64,000 nucleotides of DNA from Hydrolagus colliei (taxonomy: Eukaryota). Every line of letters begins with the position of its first letter. The first letter of the stretch is position 1. Below are positions 11,948 through 24,769 of the stretch, in pieces. The notes below the pieces were generated by a model. It was not told where the DNA came from. It worked only from the letters and a program-made list of their open reading frames with translations, and made no database searches. The position numbers and the translations under genes were made by a program. The stretch covers positions 682,001 through 746,000 of the forward strand of contig CM068761.1 of NCBI GenBank assembly GCA_035084275.1, written 5' to 3'.

Positions 11948-14900
11948 TATCATTAGTACGCAACAAATAATAATCCTTACATTTGATATGGTATCTAACA
12001 TTTCCAAGTGCTTCAGGTCTGCTGTTGTGACTGTGTATTTGAAGACACAGCAGGATAAGATAATTAGTTCCAGGTTGGTGGGGGTGGGGGTGGGGGGGGA
12101 GAGACTGTATTTGGCATCTGATCTGACAGATTGACTTAGTTAGATTAATAACATTTGTTAAATTTGATTGAATGAGAACTTGCTCCATACATTTGCTGTT
12201 TCAGTTTGTTTGCTACTAGATGTATCTAGAGTGACTCACAATGAGAAATCAAGTCAATCTTGATTTTTGTTAAGGTTCAGTTCAAATTGTCCCCAAATCA
12301 TGGATATTAATTGGAAAATTTATCTAAAAGCCCTCTTGTCACTCCACTAAACATCTTTAAAGAAATTGAATCTTTAACAGAACCAGACTGCAAACTTAAT
12401 CCTGCAGTGTCTGGAGCCTGGTTCAGTTCTCAACAATGTTCACCTTTCAGACATTAAAAAAAGTGTGAAAAGAATAAAAGAAAAAAAAGAATAAATGTCG
12501 ACAAATGTAATGATGGACAAAGAGCAGCGAAATGAGCATCGAGTTGGGTGCTCAAACCCAAAGAGAAGTGATTTTGCAGGTAGTGAGAGAGGTGGTAAGC
12601 AAAATCAATTTGGAAAAATGTTACCATGGTATAAGACATAAGAGAAGGCGTACACGAGAGTGGTAGGGAGGGGAGTGATGCCGTCAGCCTGTAATTAGGC
12701 AGATGGGACCATTTCAGCAAACCAACCACTTGGCTTCCACTTCCTCAGCAGAGCAGCAATATTGGGCATTTAAAGTATCGCCTGCCACAAGAGGCAAAGG
12801 TGAAAAGCGTCTTATTTGATGTGTGCTGCTTCCAATGACACCAGTGTCCTATTATTAGGTTGGTCCTGATGTGCTGTGAATTCTCCAGAACCTTTCTCAG
12901 TATCAGTGAAGCAGCACCCGTTAAATGAGGTGGTGTTAACCTCAGCTTTCTTTATATAAAAAAAGAAAACCTTCATCTTGTGAAACATTACCAGCACCAA
13001 GTGCATTGCGCATGAGTGGGTAACTTTGATAGATTCAGCAACTGGGTTCAGTTGCTCTCTTGAAATGATGAATCAGTGTTTGTATTTGATTTGACAAGTG
13101 GGGCTGCAGCAAAGAAGCATGTGCTGTTACTTCTGGGGTTAAATTTTCATGGACTGATAGGTTTGTTGTGCTGGAAAATGACATGCTCCACATAATGAAG
13201 TGCAGCAACTTATTCAGGCTTTACAGCACTGCAATGCTTTCTGTCTTTTACATGACCTAATGGAAAAGTGATGGGCTGCGTTATTTGCTTTAGTCCTGGA
13301 ATCAATCTAGCTATCGTTCCACGTTCACAGTTTTTGTGAGTCTTTGGCCCTCTAAATTTTTACCAACACATAATTCTAATCTTATATCCATCCGATTTCA
13401 TGTCCAAATCAATTGTTGCTATATTTGATCGGTAGATTCTTATGCTGATCTGATTAGATATGATAAGATGCTATATCAAATATCAAGCATTATTATTTAT
13501 TATTATCTGATCTCACTTGTAGATTAAAATTTCATTCTACTCAGTGCTTGTTAGTGTTTAGATTTTGTACATAATTGGATGTTGATGTTCTTAAAGGATC
13601 TTTTCCAACCATAGTCAGCAATATTGCTCGGAACAAATTAGTTCTTGCTAACTTTACCTCCTATCCCATCTCAGTTTTGAGACACACTAAATTCCTACTT
13701 TATAACTGCAAAGCACAGCTGTTTGCATACATGTCAAGATTAGGAACAGATCATATAAAAAAGAAAGACTTTAAGCTTTTGTAAAAAATCATATCTTGTG
13801 TAATACTCGATACCTACATAATTTTTAAAATTAACATATACCAGAATATGCAGAGGTCTTTTGGTTGATTTAACAACGGTTTCAAATGAGGCACCTCCAA
13901 TAAACCAGCACTCGCTAAAGTACGGGTGGGTGGGGGGTTAGTTTTCTGATGACTGAACATACCAAGGGTGATTTAAGAGCTGTGAGAGCTATACAAACAA
14001 CACAGCAAGCAGAGAAGAATATCCAAAGGTTATTGAGAAGCAAATAACATGGATTGGCAAATGAACTACATAAAGAGCAATGTGTTGTAAGAATTGAATA
14101 CAGAACAAAAACTTAATGGGTTGGGAGGGGTGTGGGTGTATTAATCTGCATGTGCAACTCTGATACTCCTCTGTGTTGATGTGAGATTTAATGGGAGTGA
14201 ACTCTGGTATCTACCGTAAGCAAAACTGGCTTGACAGCGTTCCAATTTTTAACATGCTAATACTGTAGTTTCGTTATTAAAACCTTAGTTGATTGGAGCG
14301 TCTTTATTGAGTTTTTAAATCTTTTAAAATCCAAACAGTTGTCTTCATCAATAGATGAAGAAGCCTATGTTATTACAATCTTCCCATTTCCAAGTATGGG
14401 TAATTTGTGTTGTAAATTCTGAAGATACATTGCAACATCCTGTTGGCATCATTATTGATTAATTCCTCAAATTCCTCAAGTCTAAAACAATGTATTTTAA
14501 TTTTCTCTAGGCATATTATAATATCCTTCACTCAAGGAATACTCTGATTGTAGCTTCAGAAATCGCAATAATAATAATCCTTGCATTTGCATTGAAATCG
14601 TATGTTGCAGGATATCATTTATCTTAGAAATCCAAAGTGTCAAACTAGCTTCTCCCATTACTTTGGGCTTTATTGTTTAGTTTAAGATGCAATGACTTTA
14701 TTTTAGAGGATATTTATTTCCGCTTTCTACAGCATGGTGTGCTCTCAAGCCCCAATTAATGCCATTGGTCACTGCACAGTGACATCTGTTTCCCATAATT
14801 CTCTCTCTGGTTGAGAAATACAATCCTGGGCTTGCTGCCTTTCACAGTGACTGGGAGAGGTTAGAAATGACATTTCAGGCAAATTACCACGTTTTGCAAC

Positions 14901-15106
14901 TACAGCAGTCTCTACTTATTTCTGATGGTTTGTTGATATGCACAATGCATGTTTACCTGGACTATCTCTGTCAAATATCAATTTTTGTTTAGATTAAATT
15001 TAATTATAAAATCTGGAAAGGGCTCTTCAGGAGTCTTTTAATTTTTACAATGGTATTTCCTTTTCTTATGATATAACAGACTGGTGTATCTCCCCTCTCC
15101 ACCAAT

Positions 15107-15125
15107 ACACACACACACACACACA
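15107..15125. repeat. (CA)n microsatellite
   Basis: Read directly from the sequence. Confidence 0.9.
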
Positions 15126-15374
15126 TTTCCCCTGAGTCTCTTACAGAAACCCAGGCTATATATGTCAAATCCTGAAGCCCTCAACTCAAAAAAGGTTTTG
15201 TGTTTAATTCTTTGAAATGTGCTGATTACGAATCTTGTGGGTGAAAGGAGAGCAATTTAATTAACTTCAGGTACCAGTGGGAATTGATGCTTGTGATCTG
15301 CTAACAAAGTCATGAGCAGTGTATTGGAATGAGTAAATGCATTGCAAATTGTGGCGACCATATCTTCATCTTTT

Positions 15375-15562
15375 TAAATCCTCACATTCAAAGCCCTCCA
15401 CCACCCTACATCTGCGACCTACTAACCCCCTACAAACCTGCCCACCCACTCCGCTCAGCAGACTCCGGCCTACTCCACGCCCTAGAACCCACCCACCCAC
15501 CCCAACATTGGCAGGCGAGGCTTCAGCCACTCTGCCCCTAACCTGTGGAACTCCATCCCGCA
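15375..15562 (+). mobile_element. L2 LINE ORF2 C-terminal fragment
   Basis: PPYICDLLTPYKPAHPLRSADSGLLH followed by a frameshifted IG.R.FSHSAP.LWNSIP-like segment. Confidence 0.85.
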
Positions 15563-15841
15563 TATCGACTGGTTAATCTCCATGTCAATTGAATTTTGCA
15601 GTTACCTGTGATTTAACGGTTATCTGTGATTTTAACCACACAACATGAGACTTCTTAGAGACTCAGTGTTGAATGATAGTTTGAAACCATTTCATTGTCG
15701 ATCATCCAAGAAGATTGTCTTTTGAAGAATTCTGAAACTCCTATTTTGTTGATATTGCACGTTGCATTTCCAAAAATAACAGCATCAATATGATAATATC
15801 TTGGGCTGTTCCATCCGGTTAATTTGCTATTGAAATATTAG

Positions 15842-15914
15842 TGCCTTGAGATGTCCTCCTGACATGAAATGCGCTCTATAAATGTAATGTTGTTATTATT
15901 GTTGTTGTTGTTTT
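15842..15914 (+). mobile_element. L2 3' tail-only insertion (GTT tail)
   Basis: ccttgagatgtcctcctgacatgaaa..ctataaatgtaa then (GTT)n. An opposite-strand copy lies at ~15975-16031. Confidence 0.8.
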
Positions 15915-16723
15915 CTGAGCTTCCTGTCAATTTGACCTCAAAGTCAAGTCACTCCCCTTGACAATAATTATTATACAATAACAAAATTACATTTGTATAG
16001 CGTCTTTCACATCGAGAGGACGTCCTCCCAAGATACTAGCGTATTAACAATATTACTGTTTATTTCTTAACCTGGTATTGTTTTAAATCAAGCAGATTCT
16101 TTTTAACAAAAAAATTATCTGGATATTTTGAGAGGCCAGTTGGTGATTGACTGAAGGGGAGGTTTGAAGGTCGGCTGTGACTGGGAGACCTTTCTATGCC
16201 ATCGGTTGCCATGTGTTTTTCGAGGAGACAGACAGACCCCTTGGTGTCCTGCGGCTAACAGCGACTGTAAAATCAAATTACACTGGCATCAGACATCAAC
16301 TGCAAAAAGCTGGTGGGTCTTTACATCAAAAATCTGTAGTTGAGTGGAGAGTGCATTAGATAACTAAGTCAGCTGCTTCCAGGCAATTAAATCGAGCACT
16401 TTATCCAGTATTCAGGTTAAAACACAAAAACAGTCTATCTTTGTGGGACTTGACAGAACAATACTTCTGACATAAAGTGGACATGTTTTGCTAAGTGATT
16501 TGAGCAATGTAATTGTGCATTGTGAGGTGATAAAAAGGCTAGTAATGAGCCATTTCTGCTGCACATGATGAAAAGTCATTGTATGTGATAAAAAATCAGA
16601 CTCCCGACATCATTCTGATCTGGTGCAAAAAATATCTGCTGTACAGACAAATTGTTGGATCTCAAACTGTATAGCTTTAGATCTTTGAATCATATTAATA
16701 CGTTCACATATGTTATGTATAGT

Positions 16724-17135
16724 AACAACAATAAAACTACACATGTAGAATGCCTTTCAGGTCAGGAGGACGTCCCAAGAGGCTGGACAGTCATTATTTC
16801 AAACCCGAGCTGGGGACGGGGAGGGTGGAGGGAAAGGGGGGGATTTGGGGTGACTGATAGGACCATTGAAGAGGAGGATTTTGAGGTGGGACTTAAAGGA
16901 GGCGAGGGAGGGGGCGAGGTGGAGGGGCTTCGGGGGGAGGGAATTCCAGAGTTTGGAGGCAGAGAAACGCCTTCCAGAGTTTGGAAGCCATCAAAGGCTC
17001 GCCCGCCGATGGTGGGACAGTTTGGGTCGGGGGATGTGGAGCAGGCGGGATCTTGCTGAGAGGAGGGTGGCGGGCGGGTTAGTAGGCATTTAGGAGGTCG
17101 CAGAGAAGGGTGGGGCAAGGCCATAGGGGGCTTTG
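16724..17135 (-). mobile_element. L2 LINE 3' end (ORF2 end, 3'UTR and tail)
   Basis: Minus-strand PTIGGRAF motif, pyrimidine-rich 3'UTR and the tail gggacgtcctcctgac..gttgtt. This copy links the short tails to L2. Confidence 0.9.
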
Positions 17136-17719
17136 ACAAAAATCACAGAATGGGAGTTCAGTAATGTAGACTTTGTCCTGGATGTTGAGATGGGCCTTGT
17201 AGAGGGAGCGTTTAAACCCATTCCAATAAGAACAATGGCTGTTGTCAAGGTAACTAGATGCATTATCCTGATGAATATGCTAGGTTCTCAGTCTCACCTC
17301 ACACTGTGCAACAGACATTTTGAAGAAATGTGAAATAGTCATTTACTTCATCCCGTTCGTCACTGAGTAAAGGGATCAGAGAGCTTGAGAACATGTACCA
17401 GCTGTCACATTCACACCAATACTTACATTAGCTGTCACAGTGCTCCAGATTGAACACATGTATCCAAAAAACACAAAATGTTGCTTCAATGAAAAGCGGT
17501 TGAAAATGTTACTGATGCACTGCCCGATTTTCTAATTGTGATCTGAGCTGATTCATTCTTGTCTCTTCTAGCCTTTGGAAATCTCCAGTTTTCGTTCTGC
17601 ATTATTTTCTTCCATTTCTTTTACAGTGTTCATTTTGCGACTAAGTCATCACCATTGGAAACTCCTTTTAAACTACTGTAGTTACTGTACTGTTCAAGAT
17701 TGTTGCTGTTCAATGACAT

Positions 17720-17778
17720 GCCTTGGGATGTCGTCCAGAAGTCAAAGGGGCTATACAAATGTAATTTTGTTGTTGTTT
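17720..17778 (+). mobile_element. L2 3' tail-only insertion
   Basis: gccttgggatgtc..gctatacaaatgtaattttgttgttgtt. Confidence 0.8.
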
Positions 17779-17927
17779 AGTATCGCTTCTTCCTCATCTA
17801 GTCACTGTGGTGCACAGGGTATGAGCCAAGCATTACGCTGCTTGGATTTGTTAGTGCCACGGGATGGTATGAATTGGATAATGCAGCAGTATCACATTAT
17901 AATAATTGTCGGTTGCTCAAGTGAAGC

Positions 17928-18060
17928 ACAATCAATCAATCAATCAATCAATCCTTACATTTATATAGCGCCTTTCAGGTTGAGAGGACATCCCAAGGTG
18001 CTGTACAGTCAAGTAGGGACAAGAGCAGGGGGGGAGGGGTTGAGGCAGGATGAAGGAGAG
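17928..18060 (-). mobile_element. L2 3' end with (ATTG)n tail
   Basis: (CAAT)n followed by atttatatagcgcctttc..ggacatcccaaggtgctgtacagtca. Confidence 0.8.
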
Positions 18061-18891
18061 TAGGAGAATTTATTATATTTGTGGGCAAAACACATGTTTC
18101 TTAGCTGCTTTGCTAAATGACTCATTGCAATATTAGCTGATCCAATGCACGGGAACATGTAAAATGTGTGAAAGAGAACCAGTGGTGACAGTTCTTCCAG
18201 CCTTTGAAGAAGTCCTGGCCTCAGCTGTGGGTGCAATCGGGTTCTCCGAATACACCACAACCAACAATTACAGAACTTGCATTTATATAACGCCCTTCAC
18301 GTGGGGTAGCATCCTGGAGCGTTTAAAGGAATAGCAGTCTATCATTTTGTACTGAAAAGATTGGGCTTGTTTCCTAGGTAATTACAATAAAGTTATCACC
18401 TGCTGTGAGGCTGAAATGTATTTGCGCTACACTTATCTGCAAGCAGTGTATTTGCACTGTTCTTTATTTAATTGTTTTCACACACACACAAAAAAAAATC
18501 TTGCCTTGAATTTTGGTACAGCAGTGTGATATTGATAGTGTGAATTTCTATTAGTCTTTGAATCTGATCCTTGCAAATCATCTCCTGGACAGCAGTTGAG
18601 AGCTCAGTTCAGGGCCCACTCTGCTGTGTGATGCAAGTGGTGTGGAATTTGTCAATGAATTGCCAGTGTATGGCACTTGGCTGCCTTTTAATTAAGGCTC
18701 CTAGCCCGAGGGGGGATGGAGGTGGGGAGGGTGTTTGGTGGAGGGATGGGGGGAGCTCGGAGCTGTTGAGAAAAGGAATGAACCAAAGATTCTGCACCAG
18801 CCTTCTCTCTGGTGACTGACCCCTGGCCGGAGAGACCACTTAAGTCCGATTTGGACAGGAAGGGTTTGACTGCGGTCCTTGATTCTTGATC

Positions 18892-18958
18892 AGCGCCTTG
18901 GGAAGTCCTCCCGACGTGAAAGGCACTCTATAAATGTAATTTTGTTGTTGTTGTTGTT
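18892..18958 (+). mobile_element. L2 3' tail-only insertion
   Basis: agcgccttggg..gtcctcccgacgtgaaaggc..tgtaattttgttgttgttgttgtt. Confidence 0.85.
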
Positions 18959-20747
18959 CCCTGCAACCAGCGAACTTGAGGGAACCGTAATGCTCATGAA
19001 ACAAAGCTAGCATATTGTCAGCATTTACAGGACAGTGTTCACAACATTAATAACATGCATATAATGGTAGGGCCACACATCAGAAAAGTACAGTTCACAG
19101 AAGCTGATCCCCGGTTGCCACATTTTCCCCTTTAAGCATAATTGATGCTACAATCTCTTTCCGAGATTGGGGCGAAGCTGTTGGGCATATGAATGAGAAA
19201 AGTGATGGTATTTGACAAAGGAGGATATTTTTATGTGTAAAAATTTTTTTTTGTCAAGATAATTTTGTTTTGTCAGTATCTAAAATCTGGTCAGACATTG
19301 CAGTGTGCGTCAACATGTAAAACTGTCTTTGCGCAGTGACAGACACTTTATCAGTGTGGCTGGCTGACATGAAATCAGCCAGCCTTGTCAGTCACTTCTT
19401 CATTGACTCCGTGCGAAACTCCTGCAGCTCTGCAAAAAAGAAGTACTCCACACACTCACTTTCACTGCAAGTAGTCATTACCTCATCTAAACATCATCAA
19501 AAAATGTGAGGTAAAGATTCCTAGATATATGGGCATTTACCAGCTCCAATCTAATGTTATCTGACAAATTTCATGGTAATTCTGTGAAAAGCTCTGTATA
19601 TTTTCTCTGCAGGAATGGAATAGTAAGCAGTGTGTCATGGCTTGAATGTTGTGGCAGCAATTAGTAGAATGTGAGTTTGTTTCTACTGTCTTCCCATCCT
19701 GGCTTCCAGTTAATTCCATCTGAGAGGTACAGTAGAGTGTGTTCCCAAATATTAGATAGCTTAAAAGGAATTAGTTAAGGATATTGAATGCATTTTGTCA
19801 GGGGAGTATTGGAGTATAGACCGAAATCCTCAATTTCCTCTTCTCCTGCTATGCATTCAGCATCAAGAGTTTGTGAAAATAAACCTCCAGAACACCCTGA
19901 AAGATGTTTGTTCAAAGCGGGGAGTTTCTAAGCTCTCAAAAGGATTGGAAACCGATCCAAGCTATCACAGCCTGCTTCTGCTTTTCTTAAAGCTCCCTGA
20001 GCCTCATTTTAAAGGTGTTTACAGAAAAGCCACTGGTCTTTGCAGTGATTTTGAAAGTTGGCTTCTGTAAAAACACACATATTACAAGCAGCTGTTTCTG
20101 CTGCTGTGCCATTTCTTTGTCACCTCTTTCTAAAGCGGTTTCTCATAAGGTTCTGCTGACCAGATGGATTGGGATCAAGCCATTTTGGCTCATTAAGCTG
20201 GTTAACTACCCCTTGTGCAGGAGCTGCTGTTTAGCTTGCTCATTAGACCAGGGAGATTAGAAAGCACAAGTTGAGTTGCTGTCACTTTTTTTATATCTAG
20301 GATTTGATTCCTAGACACTAAGCTGACAACAATTGAGGTTAAATACTTGCTTTATAAATAGAGCGGCTATCTGGGCTACAGATAATTGTCTTGGCAGACC
20401 TCTGAAATGATTGGCAAGGCACAGACACAATGGGTTGGTTAATTGTGTCTTCTCTGAAGATATCGAAAGCAGCAATTCTAGCTTGCGGATGTGACGGGCT
20501 TGACAGTTAGAAAGCCAAGTTACTTTTTATACCAGAGCTGTATACAAGTGAAATTTGTTGTTGTATAGTATTTGGTGTTTGATCAAGCCTCACATCCAGC
20601 TTGCAGCGCACTGTACATTCTGGCTGATCATTCCTCCCCTTCATCCCATGTGTAGACGTACAGTACCTTAGTTTACTTAGATTATTTGCAATCAGAATAT
20701 TGGGTATTGTAAATTCAAGTAGCAAAATATTCAAGTAGCAAAATATA

Positions 20748-20787
20748 GTAATTCTATAGCAACAATCCCTTGTTGCTATAGAATTAC
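20748..20787. repeat. Perfect 18-bp inverted repeat with 4-nt loop
   Basis: GTAATTCTATAGCAACAA-TCCC-TTGTTGCTATAGAATTAC. Confidence 0.95.
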
Positions 20788-21026
20788 CCTACAAGGTGAT
20801 TCATTCGTGTTGGCGCTGGCCTTATGAGAAAAGCTGTCAGCCAATCTCAGAAGTGTGCCATCGGGTACATTGTTACCCTCCTATTATTGATCCTAATAGT
20901 GCAACAGCGCAAGGTTAATTATCAAACATCAAAGCCAGGATTGGTCACACCTCGAAAATGGCAACTCTGCAACATTTTCTTTAATTGTTCCACACTAGGT
21001 GATTACACAGCCCTGGGGCGAGCAGC

Positions 21027-21304
21027 TCCCGCCAGTGGACATTAAAGATCCCGTGGCACTCATACAAAAGACAAGAGAGTTTCTTCTGATTTCCTGAACA
21101 ACAATCCCTTAAATGAAATTAGTTATTCACTTTCTGAATGTTTGTGGGACATTGCTGTGTGCAAATTTGCTGCAGCATTTAACATACAAATACATAATTA
21201 CTACAGTTTATTGTAAAATAATGTGAAGCATTTTGAAATGTCATGTTGATAGGAAAGGTGCCAGACCAAATGCAGGATTACTATTAAAATGAAAGGATTA
21301 TTAT
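21027..21304 (+). mobile_element. Old DeuSINE copy
   Basis: gtggacattaaagatcccgtggcact (Deu core), then tgtttgtgggacattgctgtgtgcaaatttgctgc and the tail aaatgcaggattactatt. Confidence 0.75.
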
Positions 21305-21306
21305 TA

Positions 21307-22025
21307 CATTAGAAGCCCGTTTATCTGTGACTCGATGAACCGGCACTTCCGTATAACCGGCACGCTAAAAAAAGTCTCCATTCGATAAACTGGAACTTAT
21401 TCAGAACAATAGCAGTGGAGCATTTGTAAATGCATAAATAATAACAGATAACAACAGAATATTGTATTGATACTTATTGTTAAAACTACTCTCTTGCGCT
21501 TCTCACCTTTACTAGTAAATGCTGTCTTTGAAGCCATGATACTGCGGTTGAGGTTTATAGTCCAGCGATTCTTTTTAAAATGGAGCACACCAAGCGGGTG
21601 AAAAAAGCGGAGCGAGACTTTAAAGCATTACTAGCGGCAAGCCGATAACCCTAGACTCTACTAGCGGCAATCCAATAACCCTAGCCGATAACCCACATTG
21701 TCACACAGGTGCCGCTAGTAGAGTCTAAAGCTATCGGCTTGCTGCTAGTAAAGCTTTAAAGTCGCGCTGCCGTTTTTTTCACCCGCTTGGCGTCCTCCAT
21801 TTTAAAAAGAATCGCTGGATTATAAACCTCAACTAGTAAAGGTGAGAAGCGCAAGAGAGTAATTTTAACAATAAGTACCAATACAGTATTCTGCTATTAT
21901 CTGTTATTATTTAGTCTGGTGTGTATGGTGTGTGTTAAAAGAACTTAAATTTTTTTGTGATGGGTTTTCGGTTTTAACCGGCATTGGCCAGGTCCCGCAC
22001 GTGCCGTGTAAATGGGCTTTTACTG
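21307..22025. mobile_element. Tigger/pogo-like (Tc1/mariner superfamily) MITE with long internal palindrome
   Basis: TA on both flanks (21305-6, 22026-7). TIRs CATTAGAAGCCCGTTTA and rc CAGTAAAAGCCCATTTA match 14/17. Subterminal AACCGGCA repeats. Internal inverted repeat 21435-21913. Confidence 0.85.
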
Positions 22026-22749
22026 TATTCTTTTTTGCAGAGCTGGATAAAATTAAAGGAAAGTTGAGAATTTCTCCAATTGTCCTTAGTTTGAATGCCA
22101 AATGGAGCTCATTCATGCTTTCCTGGCCTCCTTAACACCACCTAAATGGGAATCCCCTTCATTGTTAAATATCTAAATGGTGGAGTTTAATATACTGCTC
22201 CCCACAAGCATTCTTTGCAAGTGAACTACTTCATTTTTAAAAGAGAGGAAGTTAATATTGACCATTGGCAGCAGAAGAAAACCATGTTAAGTTCTAAAAA
22301 TACATACATTTAATATTTAACTTGAAGCTCAACTTCACACTGAACCGCTTTGTGTGGTTGGAAAGTATAACGGGGAACTTGAGCATGAAATCATTTGAGT
22401 TCCATGCTGCTCTCAGGAGGAAATCTTGTTTTATTAAAAATTAATGCAGGGACGTTAGACTCGGCCTGGGGCAGTGTTTCTGAAGTACCCTCAGTTCTAG
22501 ATGTAAAAATTCCAGTGAGCAGCGTTTCAATCTGAGAAGGGAAAGCCGCAGACTTTAACTCTTCATTCTGACTTGCCTTTCGTTGCTCTTGTTGCTCTTC
22601 TGTTTGAATCGTGTTGCACAGGTAATGAAATAGATGAAGTGGGATTAACCAAGTGTGAGTGAGGCTTAGACTACTGACACTGGATCTTACACTCAGCTCC
22701 ATGAGTTTTCAGTGAGCCATAAGGCCTTTCTTTGTAGCAGAACCTCTGA

Positions 22750-22862
22750 GCCCTCCCCCATCACCCCCCCACCTCGCTCAGATCTTGACTCCAAAAATGT
22801 TCAACCTTGGGGCATCCTCCCGATGTGAAAGGCGTTCTACAAATGTAATTTTGTTGTTGTTG
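22750..22862 (+). mobile_element. L2 3'UTR plus tail
   Basis: C-rich UTR then ccttggggcatcctcccgatgtgaaaggcg..gtaattttgttgttgttg. Confidence 0.8.
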
Positions 22863-24769
22863 AACAAATACACTATAGGATATAATCATTTCTGTCTAGT
22901 GTGTGTGTGTGTGTGGTGGGAGAGGGGTTGGAAGTTGGGGATGATGTCTGCTATCAGGAAGCCAGGTTGAATCACAAACTATTAGATGGAAGATATAGAG
23001 AATATTCTTTAGTGTTTCCTTGATTTGCCTTTGGGATTCAAGGAATCTATTCTGAGCTTTCCCTCAGGACATTTCCTATTTGTGCTTCCTTTGCTTGCTA
23101 CGTAACAGATTACGTTTGTTGCATTGCTCTGTAATTACTGGAATCAAGAATGGTAGACTTCTCCGACTCCAGTGGCTGGCCTTGTGCTGTGTTTACCGAC
23201 TCGCCACCTCATGTGATTTCTCTCTGTTCCTCCAGGAGTTTTGAAACAAAAAATGATTGTCATCCCTTTTCTTGGTGAGCAGCATTGTTTGGAAGAAAGC
23301 CATACAGCAGCCTCAGTTGCCCTGGCTACTATCAGCACTGCTCTGTGACAGCAAACCTTCTCATTGATGTATATGTCAGTGGGGGAAGAGTGCTATTCTC
23401 CATTCTGTGGCCCGGCTTAAAGCTGATTCAACTCTTATCAATCAGAATAAACAAATTGAAGGAACAGGCAATGATGGGAGTGAAAGTCTTACAACCTTCT
23501 GAGCCCTAGCCCCAAGTACATCCACATACTAATTTTCAACAGTCAGTACAAATAGAACTTGCAACAAGATGTCCCATGTTACCCTGAGGACCGGTGTGGA
23601 TCCAGGATTATAATTGGGCTGTACCACTCTTTACTGTCCTGCAGCTGCCAGCTCTAATAGCTTTGGAATTCTCTGCAGACGAATTGCAAATCTCGTCATC
23701 TGAACTGAGACATATTCACCCACCAGATAGGACTCCAGGGAGGCATTTCATTTCAGCCTCTTGACGTACAGGTGCCTCTGTGTGCTGTGGTTGTCTTATG
23801 AATTTGAGTGGTTTGAAGTTGTGCAGGATCGTGTGTACACTACATAAAAATATTGAAAGCATTATTTGCTTAAAGAGCCCTCTATTGAAGGAGTTGATGG
23901 GTAGTTTCTTGCCTCTCTCTTGTGTATTTCTAATGTTCTTGGCCACTTTGCTTCTAATAACCCAATATAATTTTTCCTCTGCCTGCAGTCTCTTGGGAGA
24001 GAAGGCCTAGTCTTCTGTAACAGATTTGTTTCTGCCTTTTGGAACAGAGCCTAGAAAAAAAAGGAAGAAAATATGCAGAATCAAATTCTGCATTTGAATG
24101 ACATTATTTAACACATCAATTATCCATTCACTGAAGCATGAGGAGTTGATGTAGTGAATTTTGACTTATGTCCTCAGCTGAAATGCTGGGGAGATAAACA
24201 GAGTAAGATTGGCATCTTTATAGAGTAGAATTTTAAAACTTCCTGGTCATTTGGCGATGGATAAGTCCCAGAGATATGGGTGTCTCATGTTGCTCCATCA
24301 GTGTATTTGACCATTCCGTTACAACAGTATGAAAGGCATAATTGAGAGCCTTGAGACTTCAGTTGCTTCCTAGGTTGATTTTTTCTGTGCCATAATACAT
24401 GCAAACTAACTTGTAATCATTGAATAAATCAATGAATCCGATAATGCTGGCCATTCACCATGAGTATGAATATTGGCATCACCATGGCAACAGTGTCTCC
24501 AAAAGTCATTTCATATCCAATTTACATTGCCAGCACTGCCAGTTTATGTAAGTGACATGGCACGCTTGCCTCCAGTTAACTTGATCTGATATGTATTGAA
24601 GTGGGTCCACATCCTACTTCTGAAGGTGACAACAAGATAAGGAGTGCATCTTGTGGCTCTCCATTGCTCTTCTTCCATAGGAGGGATTAGCTAGCCCTCT
24701 GCCTCATGCCAGTAGTATAGTTTTGGCGCTCGTGGTCTGCACACAACTTCCTCAGGGAGGAACATCTAG

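Noticed and set aside
22391-22702. 103-aa minus-strand ORF with a Q/E-rich stretch
   Set aside because: No recognisable homology or clear splice context.
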